Under the pieces are notes generated by a model. The model was not told where the DNA came from. It saw only the letters and a program-made list of their open reading frames with translations, and did no database searches. Source: Candidatus Hydrogenedens sp. (GTDB lineage: Bacteria; Hydrogenedentota; Hydrogenedentia; Hydrogenedentales; Hydrogenedentaceae). Taken from it: a stretch of 20,238 nucleotides of DNA. A program made the translations under genes and the position numbers. How positions within the stretch are numbered: position 1 is the first letter of the stretch; each line of letters starts with the position of its first letter. This document shows, piece after piece, positions 18,474 through 20,238 of this stretch. The DNA lies in assembly GCA_049968235.1 (NCBI GenBank), contig JBMFRC010000034.1, forward strand, positions 1-20,238, read 5' to 3'.

Positions 18474-18899
18474 TTATTCAACAATAATACCCATACTACG
18501 AGCAGTCCCTCGAATCATGCTTTTTGCTGTTTCAAGGGAACCTGCATTTAAATCGGGCATCTTTAATTTTGCAATTTCTTCGACTTGTGCTTCACTCACC
18601 GTACCTACTTTGTTACGATTGGGTTCACCTGAGCCTTTGGCTAACTTTGCCGCTTTCTTTAATAAAACTGCGGCAGGTGGAGTTTTGGTTATGAAGGAGA
18701 ACGAACGGTCCTCAAAAATAGAGATAACGACAGGAATTATCATCCCTTGTTGGTCTTTGGTTCTGTCGTTAAATTGGCGGACAAAGTCCATAATATTGAC
18801 CCCATGTTGACCTAATGCCGGTCCTACGGGAGGAGCAGGTGTGGCTTGTCCTGCTGGAACCTGTAATTTTACGAGTGCTTTTAATTTTTTAGGAGGCAT
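18474..18899 (-). CDS. rplK: 50S ribosomal protein L11
   Basis: 141 aa: [44 protein letters not shown] is canonical L11. Confidence 0.95.
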   Translation of the reverse strand: MPPKKLKALVKLQVPAGQATPAPPVGPALGQHGVNIMDFVRQFNDRTKDQQGMIIPVVISIFEDRSFSFITKTPPAAVLLKKAAKLAKGSGEPNRNKVGTVSEAQVEEIAKLKMPDLNAGSLETAKSMIRGTARSMGIIVE

Positions 18900-18927
18900 A
18901 TCTTTAACCTTTCTTTCTTAATTTCCA

Positions 18928-19578
18928 TCAAAACGCTTCAACTTGCCAGGATTCCACTTCAATAGTTGTAGTTCGATTAAAAATTTCTACAGATATCTTT
19001 AATGTTGAACGCTCGACATTTATTTCCTCAATTCGTCCTACAAAGTTTGAGAATGGTCCTTCAATAATTTTTACTCTATCACCAATAGAAAATTCTAATT
19101 TAGGCTTCGGGGCTTCTTCTTCACCTGTCATAATAGCAATAATCCCCTCTACCTCCTCATCCGGAATTGGTGTGGGGATATTCCTTCTACTACTAACAAA
19201 ACCTGTAATTCCTTGTGTCTCCCGGATTAATGCCCATAATTCAGGATAATTTTCTGGATGTTCCGGCAATTGAACAAGGATATAGCCCGGAAAACATTTA
19301 TGTTCAACAACTTTAGAAGTTCCGCCTCGCCGTTCGGTAACTCTCTCCTTCGGAACTAATGCATTAACAACCCAATCTTCAATACCTCTTTGCCTGGCTC
19401 CCCATATTAGCTTCTCACACACTTCATATTCCTTCGCAGTAAGGACATGAAGGGCATACCACCGGCGCGGAATACCATCTTGAGGAACTGGCTTTAAAAG
19501 TTTATCACGGGTAGGAATAGTATCCGCACTTGCCATTTCCTCTTTACTTGCTATTATTTCCTTTTTTTCTTCTACCAT
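18928..19578 (-). CDS. nusG: Transcription termination/antitermination factor NusG (with a ~35-aa N-terminal extension)
   Basis: An NGN domain (RRWYALHVLTAKEYEV) and a C-terminal KOW (KLEFSIGDRVKIIEGPFSNFVGRIEEI). The start is placed at the ATG at 19576-19578 (MVEEKK), which has an AAAGGAG RBS. The track's longer ORF would overlap secE. Confidence 0.85.
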   Translation of the reverse strand: MVEEKKEIIASKEEMASADTIPTRDKLLKPVPQDGIPRRWYALHVLTAKEYEVCEKLIWGARQRGIEDWVVNALVPKERVTERRGGTSKVVEHKCFPGYILVQLPEHPENYPELWALIRETQGITGFVSSRRNIPTPIPDEEVEGIIAIMTGEEEAPKPKLEFSIGDRVKIIEGPFSNFVGRIEEINVERSTLKISVEIFNRTTTIEVESWQVEAF

Positions 19579-19600
19579 CGCCGATGGACTCCTTTTAACT

Positions 19601-19849
19601 TTATGAAGCAATACCCAGAATGAACAGTATAATTTGTGCAAAAGAAACATCAAAAGCAAAGATAACTACTGCCATGATACATAACAGAATCATGGTAATC
19701 TTCGTTGAAACTTTCAAGTCATCCATTGTAGGCCAGGTAACTTTTTCCAATTCTGTTTTTACATCCAACAGAAAGTTTTTTGCCTTAATGTAGATGGCTT
19801 TTAATCCTTTTTCCTGTTGTTCTTCTGCTTTACTTACTATTTTTGACAT
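19601..19849 (-). CDS. secE: Preprotein translocase subunit SecE
   Basis: 82 aa. FLLDVKTELEKVTWPTMDDLKVSTKITMILLCIMAVVIFAFDV matches the SecE C-terminal TM segment. Its position between tRNA-Trp and nusG is conserved. Confidence 0.85.
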   Translation of the reverse strand: MSKIVSKAEEQQEKGLKAIYIKAKNFLLDVKTELEKVTWPTMDDLKVSTKITMILLCIMAVVIFAFDVSFAQIILFILGIAS

Positions 19850-19889
19850 CGGATTTGCCTTTATAATTTATTTCTTTTTTTGCAATAAC

Positions 19890-19965
19890 TGGCAGGCCTG
19901 GAGGGACTCGAACCCCCAACCTTCGGCTTTGGAGGCCGCCGCACTACCAATTGTGCTACAGGCCT
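19890..19965 (-). tRNA. trpT: tRNA-Trp (anticodon CCA), 76 nt with encoded CCA end
   Basis: The rc reads AGGCCTGTAGCACAATTGGTAGTGCGGCGGCCTCCAAAGCCGAAGGTTGGGGGTTCGAGTCCCTCCAGGCCTGCCA. The acceptor stem is 7 bp (AGGCCTG/CAGGCCT), the anticodon loop is CUCCAAA and the T-arm is GGTTCGAGTCC. Confidence 0.9.
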
Positions 19966-19986
19966 GCGAAACAACTCGTGTTCATA

Positions 19987-20136
19987 CTACTTCATCTCTC
20001 GATGAACTGTATGTTTTCGGTCATAACGGCAAAATTTTTTAATTTCCAACCTTTCGGGATGTTTTCTTTTTTCCCGTGTTGTTGTGTAGTTTTTACGCTT
20101 ACATTCTGTACACTGTAATATAACTTGTTCCCTCAT
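19987..20136 (-). CDS. rpmG: 50S ribosomal protein L33
   Basis: Translated by hand; it is not in the ORF track because it is under 60 aa. The protein is MREQVILQCTECKRKNYTTTREKRKHPERLEIKKFCRYDRKHTVHREMK (49 aa), which carries the canonical L33 zinc-ribbon C-x-x-C...C-x-x-x-x-H. A GAGGTG RBS is upstream. Confidence 0.85.
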   Translation of the reverse strand: MREQVILQCTECKRKNYTTTREKRKHPERLEIKKFCRYDRKHTVHREMK

Positions 20137-20164
20137 GGGATTAACACCTCATTATTTAACATAA

Positions 20165-20238
20165 TTACTCTATAATTTTACTGACGACACCCGCACCTAC
20201 GGTTCGTCCACCTTCTCGAATGGCAAATCGCAACTGCT
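20165..20238 (-). CDS. tuf: Elongation factor Tu, C-terminal end (partial, continues beyond the window)
   Basis: The rc of the window end translates to ...QLRFAIREGGRTVGAGVVSKIIE*, the conserved EF-Tu C-terminus. The stop is the rc of 20165-20167. Confidence 0.85.
   Translation of the reverse strand, partial: QLRFAIREGGRTVGAGVVSKIIE

Noticed and set aside
18149-18810. Plus-strand ORFs 18149-18346 and 18517-18810 inside rplA and rplK
   Set aside because: Antisense to ribosomal protein genes; spurious.
19794-20042. 82-aa plus-strand ORF spanning the secE start, tRNA-Trp and rpmG
   Set aside because: It runs antisense through a tRNA gene and two conserved genes; a chance ORF.

Overview
This AT-rich (low-GC) bacterial chromosomal window is mostly housekeeping genes, with one accessory-looking locus near an rRNA operon. 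Left to right:

- **16S rRNA (1-~899, minus strand).** Only the 5' ~890 nt of the gene lies in the window. A near-consensus sigma70 promoter with an A-rich upstream element sits in an AT-rich spacer on the same strand.
- **Tandem membrane glycosyltransferase paralogs (1599-3530 and 3602-5542, minus).** These are the most interesting item in the window. The two 643-646 aa proteins are about 65% identical. Each has a polytopic N-terminal half and a soluble C-terminal half of roughly 300 aa. They carry the motif set I associate with the mycobacterial arabinofuranosyltransferase AftB/Emb family of GT-C enzymes: WLCDDAYISFRTV, SSGLENP, YYGxPFPNTAYAKLG, GGDFMGGRFF, GDERxFY and RIGHFxRYIPEGY.
- **Divergent clpP operon (5715-7586, plus).** An atypical stand-alone clpP is translationally coupled to a membrane-anchored protein carrying BNR/Asp-box repeats.
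- **Housekeeping genes.** glnE, a glycerate kinase, greA-carB and metK.
- **Ribosomal/secretion cluster (minus).** tuf(partial)-rpmG-tRNA-Trp-secE-nusG-rplK-rplA. It is interrupted after rplA by metK; there is no rplJ, rplL or rpoB.

Two further calls were made by hand. rpmG (49 aa) is absent from the ORF track. A 52-aa helical small ORF converges on carB, and an adjacent ~600-bp non-coding island carries an orphan promoter-like element.

No CRISPR array, IS element, phage gene or defence cassette was seen.

The 16S carries the EUB338-III-type signature GCTGCCACCCGTAGGTGT, which together with the low GC suggests a PVC-like lineage rather than a high-GC actinomycete. That makes AftB-like enzymes unexpected here.
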